Made by a program: the position numbers and the translations under genes
The notes under the pieces: generated by a model
What the model was told of the DNA's origin: nothing
The model's input: the letters and a program-made list of their open reading frames with translations, nothing else
Database searches by the model: none
Assembly (NCBI GenBank): GCA_017992075.1
Contig: JAGOPI010000001.1
Span: 3,358 to 67,357 of the forward strand
Length of the DNA stretch: 64,000 nucleotides
Origin: Candidatus Babeliales bacterium
Lineage (GTDB): Bacteria; Babelota; Babeliae; Babelales; Chromulinivoraceae
Reading direction: 5' to 3'
Shown here: positions 35,857 through 45,526 of the stretch, in pieces
How positions within the stretch are numbered: the stretch's first letter is position 1
How the letters are laid out: each line of letters opens with the position of its first letter

Positions 35857-35888
35857 TGTCATTCCTGGCTTTGCACGGGAATTCAAGT
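35857..35888 (-). repeat. Palindromic REP-like element copy (inverted orientation)
   Basis: tgtcattcctggctttgcacgggaattcaagt forms an inverted pair with 35813-35847. Confidence 0.7.
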
Positions 35889-35925
35889 CCTTAAGTATCT
35901 TAAATTGAATTTAGTAAGGAAATTT

Positions 35926-36927
35926 ATGAAAAAGCAAGAGATTGTCTTGACCGGAGATCGGCCAACGGGTCAACTTCATTTAGGACATTATGTTGGGTCA
36001 TTGTTAAATAGAATCGAACTTCAACATCTTTATAAACAGTTTGTCATGATTGCAGATATTCAAGCATTAACAGATAATGCAGAAAATCCAGCAAAAGTGC
36101 GTGAAAATGTTTTGCAAGTTGCATTAGATTATTTAGCTGTTGGTATTGATCCAAAGAAAACAACAATTTTTATTCAATCAATGATTCCTGAAATTGCAGA
36201 ACTTACTATTTTGTATTTAAATTTAGTAACTGTAAATCGTTTACTTCGTAATCCAACGGTTAAAACTGAAATAAAACAAAAAGGTTTTGGTGATTCAGTT
36301 CCTGCAGGATTTTTAATGTATCCGGTAAGCCAAGCAGCTGACATTACGGTTGTTAAAGGCACGATTGTGCCTGTTGGTGAAGATCAATTGCCGGTAATTG
36401 AACAGACCAATGAAATTATTCGATCATTCAATCGAATATATCAAACTGAACTTTTCCCAGAAGCAAAAGCAATGATACCGAAAGTTGCTCGTTTAGTTGG
36501 TCTTGATGGGCAGGCAAAAATGAGTAAAAGTTTGAATAATGCAATATTTTTAGCTGATGATGTCGATACGCTTAAAAAACGTGTTATGAGCATGTATACT
36601 GACCCTGGTCATACCCATGTAAGCAGTCCTGGCAAAGTGGAAGGTAACGTAGTTTTTACGTATTTGGATGCATTTGATACAAACGCCGTAAAAGTAGCAG
36701 AATTAAAAGCTCATTATCAAAAAGGTGGTCTTGGTGATGTTGTTTTAAAAAATTATTTATTTGAACAGCTTAATCAAATGCTTGAACCGATTCGAAATCG
36801 TCGTCAGGAGCTTGCAAAAGATCCAGGTGAAGTCATGAAAATAGTACTTGAAGGAACAAAAAAAGCTCAAGAAACAGCAGTACAAACAATGCAACAGGTT
36901 CGTCAGGCAATAAAATTAGATTATTAA
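35926..36927 (+). CDS. trpS: Tryptophan--tRNA ligase
   Basis: The HIGH-type motif [11 protein letters not shown] and KMSKS are present. The start is the ATG at 35926, preceded by TAAGGA. The track's upstream extension runs through the two repeat elements and was rejected. Confidence 0.93.
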   Translation: MKKQEIVLTGDRPTGQLHLGHYVGSLLNRIELQHLYKQFVMIADIQALTDNAENPAKVRENVLQVALDYLAVGIDPKKTTIFIQSMIPEIAELTILYLNLVTVNRLLRNPTVKTEIKQKGFGDSVPAGFLMYPVSQAADITVVKGTIVPVGEDQLPVIEQTNEIIRSFNRIYQTELFPEAKAMIPKVARLVGLDGQAKMSKSLNNAIFLADDVDTLKKRVMSMYTDPGHTHVSSPGKVEGNVVFTYLDAFDTNAVKVAELKAHYQKGGLGDVVLKNYLFEQLNQMLEPIRNRRQELAKDPGEVMKIVLEGTKKAQETAVQTMQQVRQAIKLDY

Positions 36928-36996
36928 AATCTTTATTTTTGTTCATCTGATTTAGTACGATATGTAGTAGAGGACTTATAAAAATGGAGGTTTTTT

Positions 36997-37581
36997 ATGG
37001 TTCGCAAATCTGCTGTGCCGTATCATCATTCTTTGCTATTTTTTTTGGTTGCAACAATTTTTTCAGCACTGTTTGTAATTTCTGTCGTTATGTTTTGGCA
37101 GCAAACGCATCGATCTGTTGACGCAATGGTCCATGAAGATGTTGTAAGGCTTCAAAAAGTTTTTCAAAAAATTCATCAAGATTGTAAGATTTTATCTTTT
37201 GATCATGAAAAAAATTATATTGACTTTTTAACGGTAAAAGAGTTTGTGGGTGATCAAGTTGGCGCCATGAATTTAGCAGTTGCTAAATTTTGGAAAGGAC
37301 CATATTTGAAAGAAAATCCTGAAGTTCAAGAGCATGCGTACGTCATTTTAAAAAATAAACAGGGATATTTTATTGTGCCTGGTGATGGCGTTGTTTTAAG
37401 CAATGGAAAAATTGTTGGAAAAGATATTGTGTTGCATGCAAACACTGATATGAAAAAAATGATGCAAAATTCTAACGGTTTAAAATCATCGGCAGGAGTT
37501 TTGGCTGCACCAATTGAAGTGGTTAAAAATCATTTTTTACTCAATGCTTCAACCGCAGATTTTTTTAATGGAAATGAATAG
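36997..37581 (+). CDS. Membrane-anchored hypothetical protein (weak pseudopilin/GspG-like C-terminal pattern)
   Basis: An N-terminal hydrophobic helix LLFFLVATIFSALFVISVVMFW lacks the canonical G-F-T-L-I-E prepilin motif. KFWKGPYLKENPE...FIVPGDGVV resembles the W.GPYL...S.G.DG pattern of major pseudopilins. GGAGG lies upstream. Confidence 0.35.
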   Translation: MVRKSAVPYHHSLLFFLVATIFSALFVISVVMFWQQTHRSVDAMVHEDVVRLQKVFQKIHQDCKILSFDHEKNYIDFLTVKEFVGDQVGAMNLAVAKFWKGPYLKENPEVQEHAYVILKNKQGYFIVPGDGVVLSNGKIVGKDIVLHANTDMKKMMQNSNGLKSSAGVLAAPIEVVKNHFLLNASTADFFNGNE

Positions 37582-37590
37582 GAGAATGTT

Positions 37591-38262
37591 GTGAAAAAGT
37601 ATATTTTAGTTCTACTTATTATTTTTTCAGAGAATCAATTTGTTTCAGCATCACAAAATGAATCTATAGTTGCGCGTCAAAATCTTGTTGATCGATGGAA
37701 GAACGCAGAAACAATGGTAGAGCGTCGTAATTTATTGAATGGTTTAACTGATGCTGAAAAAGAGCGGTTACTGTTAGATCTTATTGATGCTCATCGAGAT
37801 AAATTTATACAATCTTTTAAAGAAAATAATTTTTTATATTTGATTGGTAATGAATTTTATAAAGAAATAATTCGATATAGTTCTTTTTTAGACGGTTTTT
37901 GGAGTTGTCCTTCCGTTATTCAAGAATTATTAAATTTTTTTAATGTTTTTTATACAGTAAATAATATGAATGATATGCATACTGTTGTTAACAATGTAGA
38001 TCAATATTATTCTTTATTACAGAATTATGCACAAACTTATGGTCGATCTTTGCGAGAAATAGCTGATAAAGGAAAAGATATTATTGAATTATTACAAACA
38101 TTATTAAAACAAGAAAACAATGATCAATTACCAGGTAATTTTGCAAAAGCTGATTCCTTTGAGCAAAAAGCATTAAAAAAATATTTATTGCAAAAAGATG
38201 AGCAGTTCAGAGCTAATAGGCAAGCAGTTGATAGAGCGCTATTAGGATTAAGCGTAGATTAA
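37591..38262 (+). CDS. Secreted helical hypothetical protein (paralog A)
   Basis: GTG start and signal-like KKYILVLLIIFSENQFVSA. It shares LV(D/E)RWK...L(L/A)DLID(A/D)...F(K/N)(E/D)NNFL and LPG(N/K)FA...EQK.LK.YLL with the next ORF. Confidence 0.5.
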   Translation: MKKYILVLLIIFSENQFVSASQNESIVARQNLVDRWKNAETMVERRNLLNGLTDAEKERLLLDLIDAHRDKFIQSFKENNFLYLIGNEFYKEIIRYSSFLDGFWSCPSVIQELLNFFNVFYTVNNMNDMHTVVNNVDQYYSLLQNYAQTYGRSLREIADKGKDIIELLQTLLKQENNDQLPGNFAKADSFEQKALKKYLLQKDEQFRANRQAVDRALLGLSVD

Positions 38263-38277
38263 TAAAAAGGGCGATTT

Positions 38278-38916
38278 ATGATGAAAAAATATATTTTTGC
38301 TTTGTTCATAATTTTTACAGGACATCAATTTTTTGCAGGTACAGTATTGGTTGAACGCTGGAAAAAATCTGATGCTCCAACCGCTCGAATTATTTGGAAA
38401 AATTTAACTGAGGAGCGTAAAGTTGAATTACTTGCAGATTTAATTGATGATGCATCTGATAAATTAAAACAATGCTTTAATGATAATAATTTTTTAGTTT
38501 TTACGATAAAATTCAATTTAGATCGACATTTAATTCCACATCATGAAATTATTGATATTGATTATTTTAATAAAGAATTGATTGCAGCAAAATTTGATTT
38601 TTTATTTTCACAAGTTTATTCGAATGATGATCGAAGAGATATTGAAATTATCCTTTCTCGGTTAGATTTATATTTTGAGTTACTTAAAAATTATGTAGAA
38701 CAAAAACACACATCTTTAAAAGAAATAGCTGAAAAAGAAGATATTCTTAAATTGTTGTCAAATCTTGTAGATGATGAATATGCTTTGCCTGGTAAATTTG
38801 CACAAACAGATTCAAAAGAGCAAAAATTGTTAAAACAATATTTATTAGACAGAGAAGCAGATCTTGAAGAAGTAGAATCGGATACGTTTACGGCTCAAAC
38901 TGTTGAATCATTGTGA
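38278..38916 (+). CDS. Secreted helical hypothetical protein (paralog B)
   Basis: Signal-like MMKKYIFALFIIFTGHQFFAG. It is collinear in similarity with 37591-38262. Confidence 0.5.
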   Translation: MMKKYIFALFIIFTGHQFFAGTVLVERWKKSDAPTARIIWKNLTEERKVELLADLIDDASDKLKQCFNDNNFLVFTIKFNLDRHLIPHHEIIDIDYFNKELIAAKFDFLFSQVYSNDDRRDIEIILSRLDLYFELLKNYVEQKHTSLKEIAEKEDILKLLSNLVDDEYALPGKFAQTDSKEQKLLKQYLLDREADLEEVESDTFTAQTVESL

Positions 38917-38925
38917 TGTATGATT

Positions 38926-41166
38926 TTAAACAATTTTTAAAAAAGAGCTTTCAATTTTTTTTGTGCCATGATGTGTAAAATGAACGGTTACAAAAATTTT
39001 ATCACCTTTTTGTTCTACGTTATGAGCAATTCCTAAGCCAAATTTTTCATGTTTGACCGATTGTAAGCGTTTGATGTTTGCTGAAAAAGATGTTGCTGTT
39101 TCAGATTGTAAAATTTGAGGAGCGCTATTTTTTTGCACCGTTTTTTGTTGTTTTCCTGAAATCCATTCTTGAAAAAAGGTTATAAAACTTGATTTGCTCC
39201 AATGAGCTGCTTCTTGTTGCAGCATCAAATTTCGAGGAATTTCTTGTAAAAAACGGGAAGGGCGTTGTTGATCAAGTTTGCCAAAGGTGTTGCGATATTT
39301 GCTATGTGAGATAAATAGTTTTTCACGAGCTCGCGTGATACCTACATAAAACAATCTACGTTCTTCTGCAACATTTTCTTGACCAATTGATTGGCTGCTT
39401 GGCAGTAACCCTTCTTCAAGGCCAACAAGCATAACGGTATTAAATTCTAAACCTTTTGCACTGTGCAGTGTCATCATGTTTACACGTTGTGTTGTTGCAT
39501 CATCTTGTTTAATCATTTCTTGCATCAAAGAAATTTCGTCTAAAAATTGTGACAATCCTGTTTTTTGATGTTCGTCAAAGTAGGCTGCTGCTCGTAAAAA
39601 TTCAGTGACGTTTTCTTTTTTTTCTTCAGCTTCAATTTTTTCAAAACTGTTGGCAAGATAGGTTAAATATCCAGTTACTTTAATAAAATGTTCTAAAAAT
39701 TGAGTAACAGAATTTGTTATTTCGTTATTTTCATGAAATTTTTCAAAAAAATTTAAAAATTCTTGCAGTGATGCCGCTTGTTTTTTTGCAAGTTGATTTT
39801 CTGAAAGTAAAATTTTTGCAATTTCTTGCCAGTTGCAAAATGGATTTTGTGTCCATGTTTGTACAAACTGTTCTTCAAATTTTTCACCAAGGCCACGTGC
39901 AGGACAATTGATAACTCGAAATAATGAAATGCGATCAAAAGGATTGATAACTAAACGTAAGTATGCAAGCAGATCTTTAATTTCTTTACGTTCATAAAAT
40001 GAAATGCCGCCTATCATTTTGTACGCAATGTTTTCTTTGATCAAAGCTTCTTCAATGATACGTGATTGGTAGTGGGTACGATATAAAATTGCAATTGAAT
40101 TTAAAGATTCTTGTTTGCTCAGTACATGAATGAGCTGTGCAACAAGAGCTGATTCTTGTAAATCAGACAAACATTCAAGAAGTAATGGTTGATGTTGTTT
40201 GCTGTTTGAAGACCATAGTTGTTTATGATTTCGATCAATATTGTGCTTGATAACACTGTTTGCAATATCCAAAATTTGCTGAGTAGATCGATAATTTTGT
40301 TCAAGTTTAATCTTTTTTGTTCCTAAAAATTCGCTGTGAAATTCTAAAATGTTTTTTACATTTGCTCCGCGCCAGGAATAAATTGATTGATCTTCGTCAC
40401 CAACAGCACACACAGAATCGACTGCTAATTTTTTGTTTTGTTGTGTCATCTGTTTTAAAAGTTCATGTTGAATTAAGTTCGTATCTTGATATTCATCCAC
40501 TAAAATATGACGATGATGTGCAAGATGTCGAGATGCAAATTCAGGATTTTTTACAAAAAGTTCATATGTTTTGTACAGTAAATCATCAAAATCTAAATAA
40601 TTACTGAGTCGTTTTTGTTGTTCATATGCGTTATACAGTTCCATAAATTGTTGTGCATGATGCATGTTCCACTCAGGCGTTTCAAGTTTTAAAACATCGT
40701 TCATTTTAAAATTTGAAAAAAAGGAAAGAAGTTGTTTTGCGTTGAATAATTTTTCTAAACTTTTTTCTTTCATGATCGTAAGCAATAATTTATGTGCATC
40801 TTGAGCATCAATCACTGAAAAATCTGGAATATTGTTTAAAAAATTATGTTTTTTGAGAAGTTTTAAACAGTATGCGTGAAAAGTTGCAATGATCGGTTTT
40901 GTTCGTAGATGAGGCAAAAATTGACCAATGCGATGTTGCATTTCTTGAGCAGCTTTGTTTGTGAATGTAAGTGCAATGATTGATGAAGGTTCAACGTTAT
41001 GATGCAGAATTAAATTGGTAATACGCGCTGTGATCACACGAGTTTTTCCAGATCCAGCACCTGCAATCACTAAAAATGTTCCATCTTTTGCTTGAACAGC
41101 TGCTTTTTGCTCATGATTTAATTGTGTTGTAACAAAAGTATCAAATGATTGTTTTTGCTCAAACAT
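38926..41166 (-). CDS. ATP-dependent DNA helicase, UvrD/PcrA/Rep family
   Basis: LNHEQKAAVQ...VIAGAGSGKTRVITARI (motif I), VDEYQDTN (motif II), a QNYRST-like motif, and TLHSAKGLEF...VGITRA. The start is set at the ATG at 41166 to avoid the overlap with hflX. Confidence 0.9.
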   Translation of the reverse strand: MFEQKQSFDTFVTTQLNHEQKAAVQAKDGTFLVIAGAGSGKTRVITARITNLILHHNVEPSSIIALTFTNKAAQEMQHRIGQFLPHLRTKPIIATFHAYCLKLLKKHNFLNNIPDFSVIDAQDAHKLLLTIMKEKSLEKLFNAKQLLSFFSNFKMNDVLKLETPEWNMHHAQQFMELYNAYEQQKRLSNYLDFDDLLYKTYELFVKNPEFASRHLAHHRHILVDEYQDTNLIQHELLKQMTQQNKKLAVDSVCAVGDEDQSIYSWRGANVKNILEFHSEFLGTKKIKLEQNYRSTQQILDIANSVIKHNIDRNHKQLWSSNSKQHQPLLLECLSDLQESALVAQLIHVLSKQESLNSIAILYRTHYQSRIIEEALIKENIAYKMIGGISFYERKEIKDLLAYLRLVINPFDRISLFRVINCPARGLGEKFEEQFVQTWTQNPFCNWQEIAKILLSENQLAKKQAASLQEFLNFFEKFHENNEITNSVTQFLEHFIKVTGYLTYLANSFEKIEAEEKKENVTEFLRAAAYFDEHQKTGLSQFLDEISLMQEMIKQDDATTQRVNMMTLHSAKGLEFNTVMLVGLEEGLLPSSQSIGQENVAEERRLFYVGITRAREKLFISHSKYRNTFGKLDQQRPSRFLQEIPRNLMLQQEAAHWSKSSFITFFQEWISGKQQKTVQKNSAPQILQSETATSFSANIKRLQSVKHEKFGLGIAHNVEQKGDKIFVTVHFTHHGTKKIESSFLKIV

Positions 41167-41170
41167 GTTG

Positions 41171-42292
41171 TTACAGGGCTTTCGGCTTCCATTTTTCAAG
41201 ATATTTTTTTAAAGGATTCAATCCTTTTTCTTTGATGCAGCTTACGGCAACATAAGGTGAAAAGAAACCAAATTGACTTAAACGAAGTTCAAGTTCTTTT
41301 TTTGTTAATTTATCAATTTTGTTAAATATAAACAAAATCTCTTTTTCAACATTGATTGTGTCTAATGTTTGCAGAACAACATCGATATGAGATTTCCAGT
41401 TATTATCTGAAATATCGATAACAACAAGTAAAAGTGAAGCATATGAAAGTTCTGCAAGTGTTGATTGAAATGATGCAATTAACTGATGTGGAAGTTGTTG
41501 AATAAATCCAACCGTGTCAGAAAGTAAACCGATTTTTTTTCCATTGATAACAAGTTGACGCGTTGTTGTATCAAGAGTTGCAAACAATTGATCTTTTGCA
41601 AGTACATCACTATCGGTTAATTCATTTAAAATAGATGATTTTCCTGCGTTTGTGTATCCGACTAAGCAAATTTGAGGCACGCCTTGAGATAATCGTTGTT
41701 TGCGTTGTGTTGCGCGTGCTTTATCTAATTTTTCAATGTGACGTTTAAGTGTCAAAATTGAACGATTCAAATGGCGAATGGTTGCTTCTTTCATAGTTTC
41801 ACCAGGTCCACTACGAACTCCCACAGCACCAGCTTGTTGGTCAAGATGAACACCATGACCAGTCACACGAGTTTTTGCAAATTCTAAAAGTGCAATTTCA
41901 ACTTGCATTTTACCTTCAGAAGTTTTTGCAGATTTTTCAAAAATTGACAGAATCAAACGAGTGCGATCTAAAATTGGACAATCAAACATATCGTTTAAAT
42001 TACGCTCTTGTTGAGCTGAAAGCATATCAGAAAGAATAATGTCATCAAAATCGCCATCGTCAAAAATTGCTTTAATTTCAGTTAATTTTCCTTTGGTGAA
42101 AAAATATCCAGGATCGATTGCGCGAAGCTTAACATTGACGTTGATGTAATCGGTTACACCATATGTTGCAGCAAGATTAATAAATTCATCATAGTAGGCT
42201 TGAATGTCATCAGTTTTATTGTACGGTGCATGAATGCCGATAAGCAGCGTTTTTCGAGAAAACTTTGTGGAAATTAATTCGCCTTTTGCCAT
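41171..42292 (-). CDS. hflX: GTPase HflX
   Basis: An HflX N-terminal domain is followed by G1 GYTNAGKSSILN and G3 DTVGFIQQLPHQLIASF. The start is the ATG at 42292, with AAAGGTG upstream; the track's GTG is at 42304. Confidence 0.9.
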   Translation of the reverse strand: MAKGELISTKFSRKTLLIGIHAPYNKTDDIQAYYDEFINLAATYGVTDYINVNVKLRAIDPGYFFTKGKLTEIKAIFDDGDFDDIILSDMLSAQQERNLNDMFDCPILDRTRLILSIFEKSAKTSEGKMQVEIALLEFAKTRVTGHGVHLDQQAGAVGVRSGPGETMKEATIRHLNRSILTLKRHIEKLDKARATQRKQRLSQGVPQICLVGYTNAGKSSILNELTDSDVLAKDQLFATLDTTTRQLVINGKKIGLLSDTVGFIQQLPHQLIASFQSTLAELSYASLLLVVIDISDNNWKSHIDVVLQTLDTINVEKEILFIFNKIDKLTKKELELRLSQFGFFSPYVAVSCIKEKGLNPLKKYLEKWKPKAL

Positions 42293-42482
42293 GAATTTTT
42301 GCACCTTTAAAAATTGAAAGATAAAACCGATAAAGATCAGTTTACTACAAAAGTTGTTTTATCGATAGTTGTTTGTTTTTTATAATTTGTTTTTGTACTT
42401 TTACTTAAAAATAGTTTTGTGATATCTTTAATTTATGTATAAATAAGCACAATCGTAATTATAATAACCTTGAAAATATACA

Positions 42483-43814
42483 ATGTTTGATTTTCTAACA
42501 CAAAAATTTAGTTCAATTTTTTTTTCTTTTAATCGCAATTCTCGATTAACGACTGAAAATATCGCAACAACGCTTGAACAAGTACAAGATAGTTTGCTTG
42601 AGGCAGATGTACCACTTTCAACAGTGCAAGAATTTATTGCAACCGTGCAAAAAGAAGTTCTTGGTCAAAAAATTGTCGCTTCTATGAAACCAGCAGAACA
42701 GTTTATAAAAATAATTCATGATCGCATGGTTGCATTTTTGGGTGGAGCCTATCTGCAAGAAACGTTTGCATTTCAAATTCCATCAGTTGTTTTGATGATG
42801 GGTCTTCAAGGATCAGGTAAAACAACAACAATTGGAAAATTAGCATATTTTATTAAAGCTCAAGCTGAAAAGCGTGGAAAATCACGTAAAATTTTGTGCG
42901 CATCAGTTGATTTTTATCGTCCAGCTGCAATCGATCAGTTAGAAATTGTTGCAAAACAAGCAGGTGTTGATTTTTATCGAGCAACAAATTTAAATCCGAT
43001 TGAAGCAACACAAGAAATTTATGAATATTTTAAACGTAATAATTATGAACATTTGTTATTTGACACTGCAGGGCGTTTGCAAGTTGATGATGTTATGATG
43101 GAAGAATTAGTTCAAATTAAAAAAATCTTACAACCAAAATATAATTTTATTGTGCTTGATGGTATGACGGGTCAAGAATCATTGTCCATTGCTCAAGCTT
43201 ATGAAAACAAAGTTGGTTTTGATAGCGCAATTTTATCTAAAATGGATAGTGGTGCGCGTGGTGGTGCAGCTTTTGCATTTCGTTATGTTTTAAAAAAACC
43301 GATATGTTTTGTTGGTGTTGGTGAAAAACTACAAAATTTAGAAATTTTTCGACCTGAGCGTGTTGCAAAGCGTTTGTTAGGCATGGGCGACATGTTAACT
43401 TTGATTGAAAATGCACAAGATAAAATCAAGCAAGCTGATCAAGAAAAAATGACAAAAGCTATGCTTTCAGGCGAAATTACGCTTGATGATTTTGCGCAAC
43501 AATTGAATATGGTTTCAAAATTAGGATCAATTTCATCAATTTTAAAATTTATGCCGGGAATGGGAAATGTTTCAATTCCTTCTGCAGAAGTGCAAAAAGG
43601 TGAAAATGAGCTTAAAAAATTCAGAGTGATTTTAAGTTCAATGACTCGTAAGGAACGAGAAAAGCCTGCAATTTTACAAGATGCTTCACGTAAAAAAAGA
43701 ATTGCAAAAGGGGCAGGGGTTGATGTTGTAGCAGTAAATCTTTTGCTTCAAAGATTTGAACAAAGTAAACAATTTGTTAAACTTCTAAAGAAGAATCGTT
43801 TTTTTGATAAATAA
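42483..43814 (+). CDS. ffh: Signal recognition particle protein Ffh
   Basis: NG domain GLQGSGKTTTIGKLA and DTAGRL, plus a Met-rich M domain (FMPGMG). Confidence 0.95.
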   Translation: MFDFLTQKFSSIFFSFNRNSRLTTENIATTLEQVQDSLLEADVPLSTVQEFIATVQKEVLGQKIVASMKPAEQFIKIIHDRMVAFLGGAYLQETFAFQIPSVVLMMGLQGSGKTTTIGKLAYFIKAQAEKRGKSRKILCASVDFYRPAAIDQLEIVAKQAGVDFYRATNLNPIEATQEIYEYFKRNNYEHLLFDTAGRLQVDDVMMEELVQIKKILQPKYNFIVLDGMTGQESLSIAQAYENKVGFDSAILSKMDSGARGGAAFAFRYVLKKPICFVGVGEKLQNLEIFRPERVAKRLLGMGDMLTLIENAQDKIKQADQEKMTKAMLSGEITLDDFAQQLNMVSKLGSISSILKFMPGMGNVSIPSAEVQKGENELKKFRVILSSMTRKEREKPAILQDASRKKRIAKGAGVDVVAVNLLLQRFEQSKQFVKLLKKNRFFDK

Positions 43815-43854
43815 AAATTTCTAACTATTTAATTTTTTTTAAAGGATTGGCCTG

Positions 43855-44190
43855 ATGGCAGTAAAAATTCGTTTTGCTCGTATTGGTAAAAAACATGCTC
43901 CAGTTTATAAAATTGTCGCAATTGATTCTCGCAGAAAACGAGATGGTATGTATCTTGAAAATCTTGGTACTTATAATCCAAAAACAAAAGAACTTGTGCA
44001 GTTCCACGATGACCGTGTAGCTCATTGGATTTCTCTTGGTGCACAACCAACAGAAGCAGTAGCTCGTTTGATGAAAATCAGAAAACCTCAGGCAGTTGTA
44101 ACAATAGCACCGGCTCCTGTAAAAAAAACAGTTGCAAAAAAAGCAGCGGCTCCAAAAGCAGAAAAAACTGTTAAAGCTAAAGCTGAGTAA
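43855..44190 (+). CDS. rpsP: 30S ribosomal protein S16 (with Lys/Ala-rich C-terminal tail)
   Basis: MAVKIRFARIGKKHAPVYKIVAIDSRRKRDG..LE.LGTYNP. The tail is APAPVKKTVAKKAAAPKAEKTVKAKAE. Confidence 0.95.
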   Translation: MAVKIRFARIGKKHAPVYKIVAIDSRRKRDGMYLENLGTYNPKTKELVQFHDDRVAHWISLGAQPTEAVARLMKIRKPQAVVTIAPAPVKKTVAKKAAAPKAEKTVKAKAE

Positions 44191-44202
44191 GTTACTTTTG
44201 TC

Positions 44203-45507
44203 ATGAATATTTCGATCGTTACGTTATTTCCGCAACTATATCAACCGTTTTTAGAAACGAGTTTGTTCAAAAAAGCATCTGAAAAAAAGTTGTTATCGTA
44301 TAACATAAAAACTTTATTTGAGTATGTTGCGCCAAAGGAACGCGTTGATGGTCCTACGTTTGGTCACAATTCTGGAATGCTTATTCGTCCTGAGGTGATT
44401 GAGTATGCAGTCGATGATCTTGATTTAAAATTCGGCAAATCTTTTAAAATATTTTTGTCGCCACAGGGTACTAAATTAACGCAACCAGTTAGTCGTAGTT
44501 TGTGGAAAAAAATAGAGCAACATCAACATGTGATGTTTGTTGCAGGGCGCTATGAAGGAATTGATGCTCGGGCAGAACAAGAATATGCAGATGCAATTAT
44601 TTCTGTTGGTGATTTTGTACTCATGGGTGGTGATATTCCTACAATGGTTGTGATGGAAGCGGTGTTTCGTCACATGCCAGGAATTGTTGGCAAACAAGAA
44701 TCAGTTGATTTAGATTCGTTTTCTGGATCGTTGGTTGATTATCCTGAATACACAAAACCGGTAACATGGAAGGGACGTGAAGTTCCGGAAGTGTTACGTT
44801 CTGGTGATCACAAAGCAATTCAAATTTGGCGTGAGCAGCAAGCAATGCAGCTTACTGTACAAAAACATTTTGATTGGTTGCGTTCAGGATCAATCAGTGA
44901 TACACAAAAAAAAATGGCACAAAATTTTGTGCCACAACATTTTGTAGCTTTGATGCATAGTAGTATTGCTTTAAAAGATGGACGTGTTGGTACAACATCT
45001 GTTACTTCAATCGATGTGCATGATATTGCAAGATCTGCAGCAACTTATAACATAAAAGATTATTTTATTGTTACGCCGTTGGTTGATCAACAAAAAATTG
45101 TAAAAACGATTTTAAATTTTTGGCAAGAAAAAGAGACGGGCGTTGAGTATAATAAGCATCGTCATGAAGCAATTAGTCGAGTGCATGTTGAGTCTGAGTT
45201 AAATGATGTTATTGAAAAAATTGAAAAAAAAGTAGGTCAAAGGCCAATTATTATTGGAACTTCTGCTCGATTTGAGCATGGTTGTTCCAAAATGATTTCA
45301 TATCATGATCAAGCAAAAATTTGGACGCAAAATCGACCAGTATTAATTTTATTGGGTACTGGGCATGGTATGGGACAAGAATTGATCGATCGATGTGATT
45401 ATTTTTTCCCGCCGCTTCATGGGCTGAGCAATTTTAATCATTTGTCGGTTCGGTCTGCGGCGGCAATTATTTTTGATAAATGGTTGGGTTTTGATATTCA
45501 AAGATGA
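44203..45507 (+). CDS. trmD: tRNA (guanine37-N1)-methyltransferase TrmD fused to a second SPOUT-like (Methyltrn_RNA_4 / TM1570-like) domain
   Basis: The N-terminal roughly 240 aa are TrmD (ISIVTLFPQ..., GRYEGIDAR, GDFVLMGGD, SGDHKAIQIWR). The C-terminal roughly 190 aa carry TSVTSIDVHDIARSAATYN...IVTPL...NKHRHEAI...LLGTGHGM...NHLSVRSAAAIIFDKWLG. Confidence 0.8.
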   Translation: MNISIVTLFPQLYQPFLETSLFKKASEKKLLSYNIKTLFEYVAPKERVDGPTFGHNSGMLIRPEVIEYAVDDLDLKFGKSFKIFLSPQGTKLTQPVSRSLWKKIEQHQHVMFVAGRYEGIDARAEQEYADAIISVGDFVLMGGDIPTMVVMEAVFRHMPGIVGKQESVDLDSFSGSLVDYPEYTKPVTWKGREVPEVLRSGDHKAIQIWREQQAMQLTVQKHFDWLRSGSISDTQKKMAQNFVPQHFVALMHSSIALKDGRVGTTSVTSIDVHDIARSAATYNIKDYFIVTPLVDQQKIVKTILNFWQEKETGVEYNKHRHEAISRVHVESELNDVIEKIEKKVGQRPIIIGTSARFEHGCSKMISYHDQAKIWTQNRPVLILLGTGHGMGQELIDRCDYFFPPLHGLSNFNHLSVRSAAAIIFDKWLGFDIQR

Positions 45508-45526
45508 AATAGAAGATTAATTAGGA

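Noticed and set aside
35791-35925. N-terminal 45-codon extension of trpS in the ORF track ([20 protein letters not shown]...).
   Set aside because: The extension is the in-frame translation of two palindromic repeat elements. The canonical TrpS N-terminus starts at the ATG at 35926, which has a TAAGGA Shine-Dalgarno sequence.
41171-41199. Apparent 29-nt overlap between hflX and the UvrD-family helicase.
   Set aside because: It is resolved by using the internal ATG at 41166 (MFEQKQ...). This start gives the normal helicase N-terminus and a 4-nt gap.
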